Of a stretch of DNA of 64,000 nt, positions 55,454-64,000 are shown piece by piece; position 1 is the first letter of the stretch, and every line of letters starts with the position of its first letter. A program made the translations under genes and the position numbers. Below the pieces are notes generated by a model. The model did not search any database. It was not told where the DNA came from and saw only the letters and a program-made list of their open reading frames with translations. Source of the stretch: Phycisphaerae bacterium (GTDB taxonomy: Bacteria; Planctomycetota; Phycisphaerae; UBA1845; Fen-1342); NCBI GenBank assembly GCA_050115495.1, contig JASFQK010000010.1, forward strand, positions 32,001 to 96,000, given 5' to 3'.

Positions 55454-57399
55454 CCGTCGCTGCCTTGAGATGTGGCCGGCATGGTCGCCGGCTGACTCGA
55501 TGGCCACTCGGTCGCCCAGCCCTTTTCCTTCCGCTGCGCTTGCCCCTCATCACTGAGCCACAGCGCCGGCTCCGGGAACGGCGGCGGCCGGTTGCCGAAC
55601 AGCACAAAGTGGCGGTCCTCACGCCCGTAGCGTGTCTGGAGCCACAGATGCACGGGCGGCAGCGGCCGGCCCTGTTTCGCCAGCTCGGGCGGGGCCGCAT
55701 TGATGAACGTCAGGTAGTCCCTGAACCCGGCCAGGAACAGCACCGGCTCCGGCCCGGCGAGCTTGTTCACCATCTCCTCGCCGTAGCGGCGGATCTCGTA
55801 GTCCAGATCGCGGCGGTAGTCCTGCTCGGCGAGCAGTTCCAGTTGATCGATGACGCGCGGGAAGCGGAAGTCGCCGTACCAGATGATCCGCGAGTCCTGG
55901 CTGCCTACGTTCAGGATTCGGGCCTGGTCGGCGGCGGGCACTTTCGCCCGAATCTGCTCGGCCATGTCGATGAACGGGCGCTGCGACATCAGCAGCGGTA
56001 CCAGGTTCGGCCACGCCCACAGCCACGTCGCCCACATCGTCACGACGATCGCCCCGAACGAGGCGTGCTCCCGCCGACGGTAGTAGAGCCAGGCCGCCAG
56101 CGAGAGGCTGACGGTTAGCAGGATACCCGTGACGATGTACGCGGTCGCCACGTCGCTTCCATCGGCCATACCGGCGAGTTCGTAGCTGCCCCGCAGCCGC
56201 CACCAGCGTCGCAGGCCGAAGACGCCGCATGCTGCCAGGCCAATCGGCAGGGCCAGCCAGACGACGATCGCGCCGGTGAGGTCCCGCTGGCGGCTGGCGG
56301 CCCGTTGCGGGTCGAAGAATGCGGCCAGCTCGATTCCGAGCAGGACGAACAGCGGCGGCAGCGCCGGCAGGAAATATCGCCATTCCTTGCCGGTCGACGC
56401 CGTGAAGAAGACCAGCAGGCTGGCGAACCAGATCACCATGAACAGCGTGCCGTCACGGTTGACGCCCGCTTGTCGCCGAAAGGCGCGGACGAATGCGCCC
56501 GGCAGCGACAGCGTGAACGGCAGGCAGTACAGCAGCGGCGGCCCGAGATACGTGAACAGGAACTTCCAGCTCCCTTGCCCCTCGACATTCGGCAGGTCGC
56601 CAGTGAAGCGGTCGATGAATTCGACGCGCCACTTGGCCAGGGCCGTTCCTTCGGCCAGCGTGACGCTCGCCGCCCAGGGCAGCCACGGCAGGAAGAACAG
56701 CACCAGCCCGAGCAGGTGCCAGCGGTCGGCCAGCAGCCCCCATCGCCGCCGGAGCACGATGTAGCACACCGCCGGCAGCCCTACCACGACCAGCGGCATG
56801 GGCATCTTGTAGAGCATGCCCACGCCGGCGGCGAAGTAGCCGAGCATCCACAAGGCGTGCCGTCGCGGTCCGCGTGGGTAGCACTCCGCTCCGATCCACA
56901 CCGCCGCCAGGGCCACCGTACAGCACGTCGTCAGGCCCAGGTCCGATGCTCCGCGGTGTGACCACCACAGGATGAGCGTGCTGCCGGCGGCGGCGAAGCC
57001 GGCGAAGATCGCGGCCCGCTCGCCCGCCACGTGCCGAGTGAGCCAGAAGATCACCGCCACGAGCAGGACTGCAGCCAGCGCGTTCGGGATTCGGGCACAG
57101 ATCTCGTCGACGGGCGTTCCGCGGGCCATGCTGACCAGCATGACGGCCCAGTACGGCCCGGGTGATTTCTGCATGCGCACTTCGCCGGAGAACTGCGGCA
57201 CGAGCCACTTGCCCTCCTGCTGCATCTCGCGGGCGGTCTGGGCCACCCAGCAGTCGATGGGTTCGAAGCGGGCGCCGCCGGCGAGATCGTAAAAGCAGAG
57301 CACCGTGGTCCAGCCGAGGATGGCGAGGAGCCAGGCGGTGGTCGCCGGCCGGGCCGGGCCGGGCGTGATGGCGGTGCGGGGGCTGTCCGCTGCACTCAT
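55450..57399 (-). CDS. ArnT/PMT-like GT-C glycosyltransferase
   Basis: AQTAREM...WLVP, KSPGPYW, ARIPNAL and KEWRYFLPALP motifs; many TM helices. Confidence 0.85.
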   Translation of the reverse strand: MSAADSPRTAITPGPARPATTAWLLAILGWTTVLCFYDLAGGARFEPIDCWVAQTAREMQQEGKWLVPQFSGEVRMQKSPGPYWAVMLVSMARGTPVDEICARIPNALAAVLLVAVIFWLTRHVAGERAAIFAGFAAAGSTLILWWSHRGASDLGLTTCCTVALAAVWIGAECYPRGPRRHALWMLGYFAAGVGMLYKMPMPLVVVGLPAVCYIVLRRRWGLLADRWHLLGLVLFFLPWLPWAASVTLAEGTALAKWRVEFIDRFTGDLPNVEGQGSWKFLFTYLGPPLLYCLPFTLSLPGAFVRAFRRQAGVNRDGTLFMVIWFASLLVFFTASTGKEWRYFLPALPPLFVLLGIELAAFFDPQRAASRQRDLTGAIVVWLALPIGLAACGVFGLRRWWRLRGSYELAGMADGSDVATAYIVTGILLTVSLSLAAWLYYRRREHASFGAIVVTMWATWLWAWPNLVPLLMSQRPFIDMAEQIRAKVPAADQARILNVGSQDSRIIWYGDFRFPRVIDQLELLAEQDYRRDLDYEIRRYGEEMVNKLAGPEPVLFLAGFRDYLTFINAAPPELAKQGRPLPPVHLWLQTRYGREDRHFVLFGNRPPPFPEPALWLSDEGQAQRKEKGWATEWPSSQPATMPATSQGSDG

Positions 57400-57520
57400 G
57401 CGGGGACCCTCATGCTGGAGATTGCCGACCGTGCCAAAGACTCGGATTTTAGCCTGCGGTCGCCTTATCTGCATCAGGCCTGTATCATGGAGCCGTCGGG
57501 GTTCCCCGCGGAGGAAAGAC

Positions 57521-58606
57521 ATGACCATCAGCAGACGCGATTTTGTACGTACCACCGCAGCTGGCCTGGCGGCGGTTGGGCTCACTGGCGGTACGTCCGA
57601 AGCCGCTGCCCAGGAAGACGAGAAGCCGGAGACGCCCCCGGGTCCCGGCGGGCCGATCGTAATCGCCAGTGCCAATGGGGTTGGGGCCTGTCAGCGAGCC
57701 ATGGAGTTGCTGCGCGAGCACGCCGACCCGGTGGACGCTGCCGTTGCGGGCGTGAGCCTCGTCGAGGATGACCCCAAGGATCATTCGGTTGGGTACGGCG
57801 GGCTGCCCAACGAGGACGGCGTCGTCGAGCTCGATTCGTGTGTGATGCACGGCCCCACGCATCAGGCCGGCGGGGTCGCCGCCTTGCAGAGGATTCGCCA
57901 TCCGAGCCAGGTGGCGGCGCTGGTCATGCGCCGCACCGATCACGTTCTGCTCGTTGGCGAGGGCGCCCTGCGCTTCGCTAAGGCCCACGGCTTCGATGAA
58001 GAGGAGCTGCTCACCGACGAGGCCCGTCGGATTTGGCTGAAGTGGAAAGAGACGCACTCGGACAAGGACGACTGGCTCCACCCCGAGGCGAACGAGGAGG
58101 CGGCCCGTCGTCTGCGCAAGCTCGGGTTGCCGTTTACGTACGGCACGATTTCCTGCCTGGCGCTCACGGCCGGCGGGGACCTGGGTGGCTGCACGACGAC
58201 GAGCGGGTTGAGCTACAAGCTGCCCGGCCGCGTTGGGGACTCACCCATCATCGGCGCCGGGCTGTACGTGGATAACGGCGTCGGGGCCTGCGGGTCGACC
58301 GGGCGTGGCGAGGCCAACCTCCAGAACTGCTCGTCGTTCATGATCGTCGAGCTGATGCGTCGTGGGATGACGCCGACGGAGGCCTCCCTCGAAGTGCTCC
58401 GGCGGGTGGCGGCCCGGACCGTGAAGCGGCTGCTCGATGCCGCCGGTGAGCCAAACTTCGGCCTCACGTTCTACGCGCTGCGCAAGGACGGGGTCGTGGG
58501 CGGGGCTTCGCTCCGGGGGCCCGGCCGGATGGCGTTTCACGACGGGGACCGGTGCCGTTTGGTGGATGTGCCGGGTTTGTACACGGCGCTGCCGGACGAG
58601 GAGTAG
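57521..58606 (+). CDS. Tat-exported type 2 asparaginase / glycosylasparaginase-like Ntn hydrolase
   Basis: SRRDFV Tat motif; SVGYGGLPN; ELDSCVM; G-T nucleophile (YGTIS); TTSG..KLPGRVGDSPIIGAG. Confidence 0.9.
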   Translation: MTISRRDFVRTTAAGLAAVGLTGGTSEAAAQEDEKPETPPGPGGPIVIASANGVGACQRAMELLREHADPVDAAVAGVSLVEDDPKDHSVGYGGLPNEDGVVELDSCVMHGPTHQAGGVAALQRIRHPSQVAALVMRRTDHVLLVGEGALRFAKAHGFDEEELLTDEARRIWLKWKETHSDKDDWLHPEANEEAARRLRKLGLPFTYGTISCLALTAGGDLGGCTTTSGLSYKLPGRVGDSPIIGAGLYVDNGVGACGSTGRGEANLQNCSSFMIVELMRRGMTPTEASLEVLRRVAARTVKRLLDAAGEPNFGLTFYALRKDGVVGGASLRGPGRMAFHDGDRCRLVDVPGLYTALPDEE

Positions 58607-58636
58607 ATCTCGCGCTGTAGACGCGCGAGGTGCCGG

Positions 58637-60037
58637 TCAAGGTTGTATCGCGGCGGCGGCCCGCTGGGCGGCGCGTCGTTCTTCGATGGCGCGGACGAGC
58701 CGGTCGCGGGTGTAGAGGGCGGCGGATTCCCGGCCGTTGCGCGTGGCGAGAATGTGCAGGACAGCGAGCGTGCGGTCCGGCTCGTACGCGTACGTGTGTC
58801 GGGCGAGGTATGTGGGGTCTTCCAGCAGCAGGTCGTACGTCTGCGCCATGGTCTTGTCCGGTGCAGGCACGAAGCGGAAGTCGATCTGGAAGGGGTACCG
58901 GCCCTTGGCGAAATGCCGGCGGCACTCGTACGCCTGCACGTTGGCCCAGGATATGGCCAGCACCATCAGGCCCACCGCCACGCCGCGCCAGGCTCGACTC
59001 GGCCGCCGCCACAGCGCATCCCAGAACAGCCCGGCGAACAGGAGGACGCACATCACGATTGGCACGCCGCGACGCATGCCGGAAACTCGGCCGGACGCCG
59101 CGTAGAGCCCGACGGTTCCCAGCAACACGAGCCAGAGCCACAGGTGTTTCCGTTGCCGGAGCGTCAGCACCATGCCCGCCAGGGCCGATCCCCAGACGAG
59201 CGGAGACGACAACGCCGGATAGTCGTTCGAGCCGCAGTAGTAGCTGCCGCCGCGCACGACCGCCTCGTGCAGCATCTGTGCCAGATCGGCCACGAACTCG
59301 CGGGAACTCGACAGACTTCCGCCGCCTTGCAGCATCCGCGTGGCGTTGGTCCACCACAGCGCGGGCACGGCCAGCACGATGCCCGCGACTACGGGCACGC
59401 TGATCAGCAGCAGCCACGGCCGGCGCGGGGCCCGTCCGTGCCGCCAATAGATCATGCCGAACACCGCCGGGAAGAACCCCAGGCCGGCCGGATAGGTGAT
59501 CGCCGCGTACGCAACCAGGGCGGCGGCAGCGAACGCGGCGGCTTTGGCGGGCCGCGAGGCCAGCAGCAATGCCAGCAGGCCCGTGGGGCATTCGAGGCCG
59601 TACTCTGTTGCCATCCAGCAGTAGTTCAGCACGCCGGGCATGAGTATCGATATCAGGGCCACCCCCGCGGCCGCCGGCAGGGAACACTCCAGCACGCTCA
59701 CGGCGATCAGGAACAGCAGCGGGGCGATCGTGGCCATGGTGACGGCCTTCACCGTTCGGCCGTAGAACAGGTCGATGTGCGGAAGCACGTGTGATGCCGC
59801 CCAGTAATACGCGTGGGCGCCGATGTTCGTCGCCAAGGGATTGTGCTGGATGCGTTCCGGCAGCAGGGCGATGTCCCGGAATGATACGGAGGTTTCCTCG
59901 CCGGACAGCAGGCCGTTGGCGTTCACCGTCGCCAGCATGGCCAGGTTGACGCCCAGGTTGGCCAAGTACAGCACAACCACGCAGGCGACGAGCAGACGCC
60001 GATGAAACCCGCGCGGTAGTGGTGCCTCGCTTGTCAT
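58637..60037 (-). CDS. Polytopic membrane protein, probable GT-C glycosyltransferase
   Basis: About 11 TM helices; acidic EE in the first external loop; RR motif in a late loop. Confidence 0.55.
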   Translation of the reverse strand: MTSEAPLPRGFHRRLLVACVVVLYLANLGVNLAMLATVNANGLLSGEETSVSFRDIALLPERIQHNPLATNIGAHAYYWAASHVLPHIDLFYGRTVKAVTMATIAPLLFLIAVSVLECSLPAAAGVALISILMPGVLNYCWMATEYGLECPTGLLALLLASRPAKAAAFAAAALVAYAAITYPAGLGFFPAVFGMIYWRHGRAPRRPWLLLISVPVVAGIVLAVPALWWTNATRMLQGGGSLSSSREFVADLAQMLHEAVVRGGSYYCGSNDYPALSSPLVWGSALAGMVLTLRQRKHLWLWLVLLGTVGLYAASGRVSGMRRGVPIVMCVLLFAGLFWDALWRRPSRAWRGVAVGLMVLAISWANVQAYECRRHFAKGRYPFQIDFRFVPAPDKTMAQTYDLLLEDPTYLARHTYAYEPDRTLAVLHILATRNGRESAALYTRDRLVRAIEERRAAQRAAAAIQP

Positions 60038-60080
60038 GATCGCCCCTCGGCGGGATCAGTGGTGAATTGTCTACATAAGG

Positions 60081-61904
60081 CTAGCTGCGTTTGAACTGTC
60101 GTTCAAGGTCGCGCAGGCTCAGCCGGAGGGTTGTGGGGCGTCCGTGGGGGCAATGGCTGCTGCGTTCGGCGACGTCGCGGCGAGCGAGCAGGGCGCGGAT
60201 TTCATCGTCGGTCAGCGGGTCGCCGGCCTTCACGGCGGCTTTGCAGGCCATCATGTCCAGGACGCTGTGCACGAGCGATTCGGTGTCGGGTCGGCGGCCG
60301 ACCTCGCTCAGCAGGTCCATCAGGTCGCGGACGAACGCCGCCGGCTCGAGTCGTTCGAGCAGCAGCGGAAAGGCGTGCAGGGCGACGCTGCGCGGGCCCG
60401 CCGCCTCCAGCACGAGTCCGAGCCGCCGCAACGTGTCGGCGTGCGTTTCGAGGATTTCGAGCCGGTCGGCGGGGACGGCGACGACCTCCGGGATGAGCAG
60501 GCGTTGGGCTTCGAGCGGCTGTTCGGTCAGGCGCTGCCGCAGCTCTTCGTAGAGAATGCGCTCGTGCAGGGCGTGCTGATCAATGATCATCAGCCCTTCG
60601 TCCGTTTCGACCACGAGATAGGTGTTGTGGATCTGGACGGCTCGCGCCGGCCGCGGCTCGGGGGCGATCATCTCCGGCGTCGCGACCGGCTCAGGTTGAG
60701 TAGGGGGCGCGACCGGGTGTTGTGTCGGCGGCGGGACTGGTTGCTCGCCGAAGTGCTCAGGTGTCGGCGACGTGGCGCGCGGCGGCGCGGCTGGAGCGGC
60801 GACTGGTGCGCCCGCCGCCGGCTGCGACCGCGTGAAGAAGTCCACCATTGCCTCCCGCACACGCTGCCGGTACGGGTTATCCGCTGGCGGTGCCGGACGC
60901 AGTCCGCGGTCGAGGTTCGTCGACAGGAACTTCTCCCGCAGGGCGGCTAACACCTGTCCGTGCACGTAGTTCGCGTCGCGCCAGCGGACCTCGACCTTCG
61001 TCGGGTGCACGTTTGCGTCCACCGCGGCCGGGTCGATGGTGATGAAGAGGAAGACGACGGGGTGCTGGTCCGGCTGAAGCAGGCTGCGGTACGCCTCGCG
61101 GACGGCGTGCGTCACGAAGCGGTCCCGCACGTACCGCCCGTTGACGAACACGTATTCCCACTTCGACGATTTGCGGCACTGCTCGGGCGGGGCGACGAGC
61201 CCCTCGACATGCACGCCGCCGCTGTCGCGCTGCACGGACAGCAACGTGCCGGCCAGCTCCGGCCCGTAGAAGTCGGCGATACGCTGCCGGGCATCGGACG
61301 AGGGTCCGAGCCGGTGCATTTCGCGCTGCTGGTGGCTGAGCGTCAGGGCGACCGCGGGGTGGGGCAGGGCGATCCGGGCGAACTGCTCGGTAACGTGCCC
61401 CATTTCGGTCTGGTTGGTGCGGAGGAATTTCCGCCGGGCGGGCACGCAGTAGAACAGGTCGTGGACGGAGACGGTCGTTCCGGGCGGTGCGGCGCATGGC
61501 TCCGGCTCGCCCACGTCGCCGGCATCGACACGGATGCGGTGGCCGACGTCGCTGTCCCGCCGGCGGGAGACGATCTCCAGCCGGGAGACGGCCCCGATGC
61601 TGGGCAGAGCCTCGCCGCGGAAGCCCATCGTATGGATGTTGAACAGGTCGTCGTCGACGCGGATCTTGCTGGTGGCGTGCGGCGTGACGCAGAGCCGCAG
61701 GTCGTCGACGTCCATGCCCACGCCGTCGTCGGCCACCTGTACGAGCCCGCGGCCGCCGTCGAGGATGGTCACATCGATGCGGGACGCCCCGGCGTCCAGG
61801 GCGTTTTCGATCAGCTCCTTCACGATGGACGATGGCCGCTCCACGCACTCGCCGGCGGCGATGCGGTTCACGAGTGTCGGCGGTAATACGCGAATCTGGC
61901 CCAT
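60081..61904 (-). CDS. mutL: DNA mismatch repair endonuclease MutL
   Basis: IAAGECVERP, ELIENALDAGA, HATSK, GFRGEAL, DQHALHERILYE, ACK and CPHGRP motifs. Confidence 0.97.
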   Translation of the reverse strand: MGQIRVLPPTLVNRIAAGECVERPSSIVKELIENALDAGASRIDVTILDGGRGLVQVADDGVGMDVDDLRLCVTPHATSKIRVDDDLFNIHTMGFRGEALPSIGAVSRLEIVSRRRDSDVGHRIRVDAGDVGEPEPCAAPPGTTVSVHDLFYCVPARRKFLRTNQTEMGHVTEQFARIALPHPAVALTLSHQQREMHRLGPSSDARQRIADFYGPELAGTLLSVQRDSGGVHVEGLVAPPEQCRKSSKWEYVFVNGRYVRDRFVTHAVREAYRSLLQPDQHPVVFLFITIDPAAVDANVHPTKVEVRWRDANYVHGQVLAALREKFLSTNLDRGLRPAPPADNPYRQRVREAMVDFFTRSQPAAGAPVAAPAAPPRATSPTPEHFGEQPVPPPTQHPVAPPTQPEPVATPEMIAPEPRPARAVQIHNTYLVVETDEGLMIIDQHALHERILYEELRQRLTEQPLEAQRLLIPEVVAVPADRLEILETHADTLRRLGLVLEAAGPRSVALHAFPLLLERLEPAAFVRDLMDLLSEVGRRPDTESLVHSVLDMMACKAAVKAGDPLTDDEIRALLARRDVAERSSHCPHGRPTTLRLSLRDLERQFKRS

Positions 61905-61993
61905 GCGCTTTCCAGTCGGAGTGGCCGCAGTATAGCAGGATTGCGGTAGAATCGGGCCGCGCGCCGCCCCGGCGGCCGGAAAGGAGAGATCGC

Positions 61994-63352
61994 GTGGACA
62001 ACGTACTGACCTGGCTGCGCCAGAACCGCGCCGCCCATCTCGACTGGCTCAGGGAATTCTGCCGGATCCCCAGTATCAGCACCAAGACAGAACGCAGCGC
62101 CGACGTCGTCCGCGCCGTGGAGTGGACGCGTGACCTGTGCCGGCGCATCGGTCTGTCTGCCGAGGTGCACGATACGGGTGGGCATCCGCTCGTCTGTGCC
62201 GAATGGTGCCAGGCGCCCGGCCGGCCGACGGTGCTGGTTTACGGGCACATCGACGTGCAGCCTGAGGGCGATCTCAGCTTGTGGGATGCCGATCCGTTCG
62301 ACCCGGTCGTCAAGGATGATTGGCTCTACTGCCGCGGGGCGGCGGATGACAAGGGGCAGATCATCGCGCACTTGCGGGCCGTCGCCGCGTGGCTGGCGAC
62401 CGAGGGCAAGCTGCCGGTCAACGTGCGCTACCTCTTCGAAGCCGAGGAGGAGATTTCGTCGCCGCACCTGCTTCCCTGGATCGAGAAGCACACGGACCGG
62501 TTGCGCTGCGACCTCGTTCTGATCTCCGACACCGGCCTCGTCGCCGACGGTGTGCCCACGATTACGTACGGCACTCGCGGCATCCTGTACAAGGAAGTCC
62601 GGATCTTCGGGCCCAAGCACGACGTGCACAGCGGTTGCTTCGGCGGCAGCATCGCCAATCCGGCCAATGTCCTCGCCAACCTGGTCGCCTCGCTACACGA
62701 TGAGCAGGGCCGCGTGATGATCCCCGGCTTCTACGGCAACGTGAGCGACCCGACGCCTGACGAGCGTCAGAAGATCGCCGCCGCTCCGTTCGACGAGGCT
62801 GGCTACATGGCCGAGCTGAACGTGCCCGGCGTCACCGGCGAGGAGGGCTTCACGACCAATGAACGGCGCTGGATTCGACCTACGCTCGATGTGAACGGCA
62901 TCTACGGCGGCTTCATGGCGGAGGGGGCGAACACGATCATCCCGGCCCGCGCAGGGGCCAAGATCAGTATGCGGCTCGTCGCCGGCCAGGATCCGGCGGA
63001 GCTCAGCAAGCGATTCGACGAGACCATCCGCGTGCGCGTTCCCGGGACCGTTCGGCACGAGATCATCCACCACGGCATGGCCGCGGCTTATCGGGCCCCG
63101 CTCAACAGTCCGGCGATGAACGCCGCCGAGGCCGCTCTGAAGGCGTCTTTCGGGCGGGACGTGGCTTTCATCTGCGAGGGTGGCTCGCTGCCCATCCTGC
63201 CCGAGTTTAAGCGGCTATTGGGGGCTGACAGCCTCCTGATCGGCCTGGCGAGCCCGAGCTGCAACGCTCACGGGCCGAACGAGAAGGTCTCGCTGGCCGA
63301 CCTGGACCGCGGGGCCGAGGCGATTGCCCGGCTGCTAGCCGGCCTGGCCTGA
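61994..63352 (+). CDS. M20 family dipeptidase (CNDP/ArgE-DapE-like)
   Basis: YGHIDVQP, RGAADDKGQ, EAEEE, HSG.FGG, GGSLP and AHGPNE motifs; AAGGAG RBS. Confidence 0.93.
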   Translation: MDNVLTWLRQNRAAHLDWLREFCRIPSISTKTERSADVVRAVEWTRDLCRRIGLSAEVHDTGGHPLVCAEWCQAPGRPTVLVYGHIDVQPEGDLSLWDADPFDPVVKDDWLYCRGAADDKGQIIAHLRAVAAWLATEGKLPVNVRYLFEAEEEISSPHLLPWIEKHTDRLRCDLVLISDTGLVADGVPTITYGTRGILYKEVRIFGPKHDVHSGCFGGSIANPANVLANLVASLHDEQGRVMIPGFYGNVSDPTPDERQKIAAAPFDEAGYMAELNVPGVTGEEGFTTNERRWIRPTLDVNGIYGGFMAEGANTIIPARAGAKISMRLVAGQDPAELSKRFDETIRVRVPGTVRHEIIHHGMAAAYRAPLNSPAMNAAEAALKASFGRDVAFICEGGSLPILPEFKRLLGADSLLIGLASPSCNAHGPNEKVSLADLDRGAEAIARLLAGLA

Positions 63353-63415
63353 TTTCGCCGGAAAGGACGCACGGACACGAGCCAGGCGCACGGACAGGTT
63401 GGCTTGCCGGCAGGC

Positions 63416-64000
63416 GTGAGCGGAGCCGGGACCGCTCACGGCTGGGGCCGGTGGCTGGCGCTGGTCGTGGCGTGGGCGACGGTGCTCGGCTGGTTGGGGG
63501 TGCTCTCGTGGCTGAAGCCGCAGTACATCGCGGATGAATGGCGGCATCTGCTTGTCATTCAAGGGCTTACGAGAGGTGAGTGGCCGCCGGCCGGCTACCT
63601 GCCCATGCTGCCGGCGTATCACCTGCTGGCGGCGGGGGCAGCGTGCGTCTTCGGCGATGCGCTGCTCGTCGTCCGGGCGCTGAATGCGATATTGGCACTC
63701 GCGTCGGTCTGGGTTGTGGATCGAATCGCGCGTCGGCTGGGCGTCAATGCTGGCGGGGGGGCGGTGCTGCTCTTCGTCTGGAACCCGTTGCTGTTGCCGT
63801 ACTTAGTGATGGGTTACACCGAGTCGGCCACGATGCTGGCTCTGCTGGTTGCGGTGTATCTGCATGTGCGTGGATGGCTGCTGCCGTCGGTGGGAGTGTT
63901 GCTGCTGGCGTGCTTGCTGCGGCAGTCGAGCGTCGTTTGGGTGGCGTTTCTCGCCGGCTGGCACATTCTGGCGACGTGGGACGCCCAGCCGGGCGACGGG
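63416..64000 (+). CDS. GT-C membrane glycosyltransferase resembling ALG10/Die2 (partial, runs off the window)
   Basis: Open frame from GTG 63416, translated by hand: TM, ADEWRH, W...LPMLPAYH, VRALN, PLLLPY...YTES, RQSSVVW. Confidence 0.65.
   Translation, partial: MSGAGTAHGWGRWLALVVAWATVLGWLGVLSWLKPQYIADEWRHLLVIQGLTRGEWPPAGYLPMLPAYHLLAAGAACVFGDALLVVRALNAILALASVWVVDRIARRLGVNAGGGAVLLFVWNPLLLPYLVMGYTESATMLALLVAVYLHVRGWLLPSVGVLLLACLLRQSSVVWVAFLAGWHILATWDAQPGDG

Noticed and set aside
60081..61904. mutL without an adjacent mutS
   Set aside because: Unlinked mutL and mutS are common

Overview
GC-rich bacterial chromosomal segment, most likely from a Planctomycetota (Phycisphaerae-like) genome. This is inferred from a prepilin-type DUF1559/H-X9-DG-like protein, planctomycete-style GDLNCDG dockerin repeats, FG-GAP lipoproteins and REP-like palindromes. 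About 45 densely packed CDSs were found. Housekeeping: thyX, pgi, manC, ppa, mdh, apt, rnhA, mutL, lpxL-like. Signalling: two PAS hybrid histidine kinases, a Ser/Thr kinase-TPR protein and a CHASE2 adenylate cyclase. Peptide uptake and proteolysis: POT-like MFS, OPT, S8, HtrA, M20. Envelope proteins are also present. No rRNA, tRNA, CRISPR or transposase was recognised. Most notable: (1) a secreted alkaline phosphatase that appears naturally circularly permuted, with the normally N-terminal NIILMISDG strand at the extreme C-terminus; (2) a five-gene surface operon of three paralogous uncharacterised lipoproteins, an FG-GAP lipoprotein and a PKD protein with a Cys-containing C-terminal sorting-like tail; (3) a HAL-family lyase with Val-Ser-Gly instead of the Ala-Ser-Gly MIO triad; (4) an ALG10/Die2-like GT-C enzyme among other GT-C genes; (5) an MFS transporter with a triplicated loop module; (6) an RNase HI fused to a Cys-rich domain. 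All family calls come from motif recognition by eye; no database searches were run.
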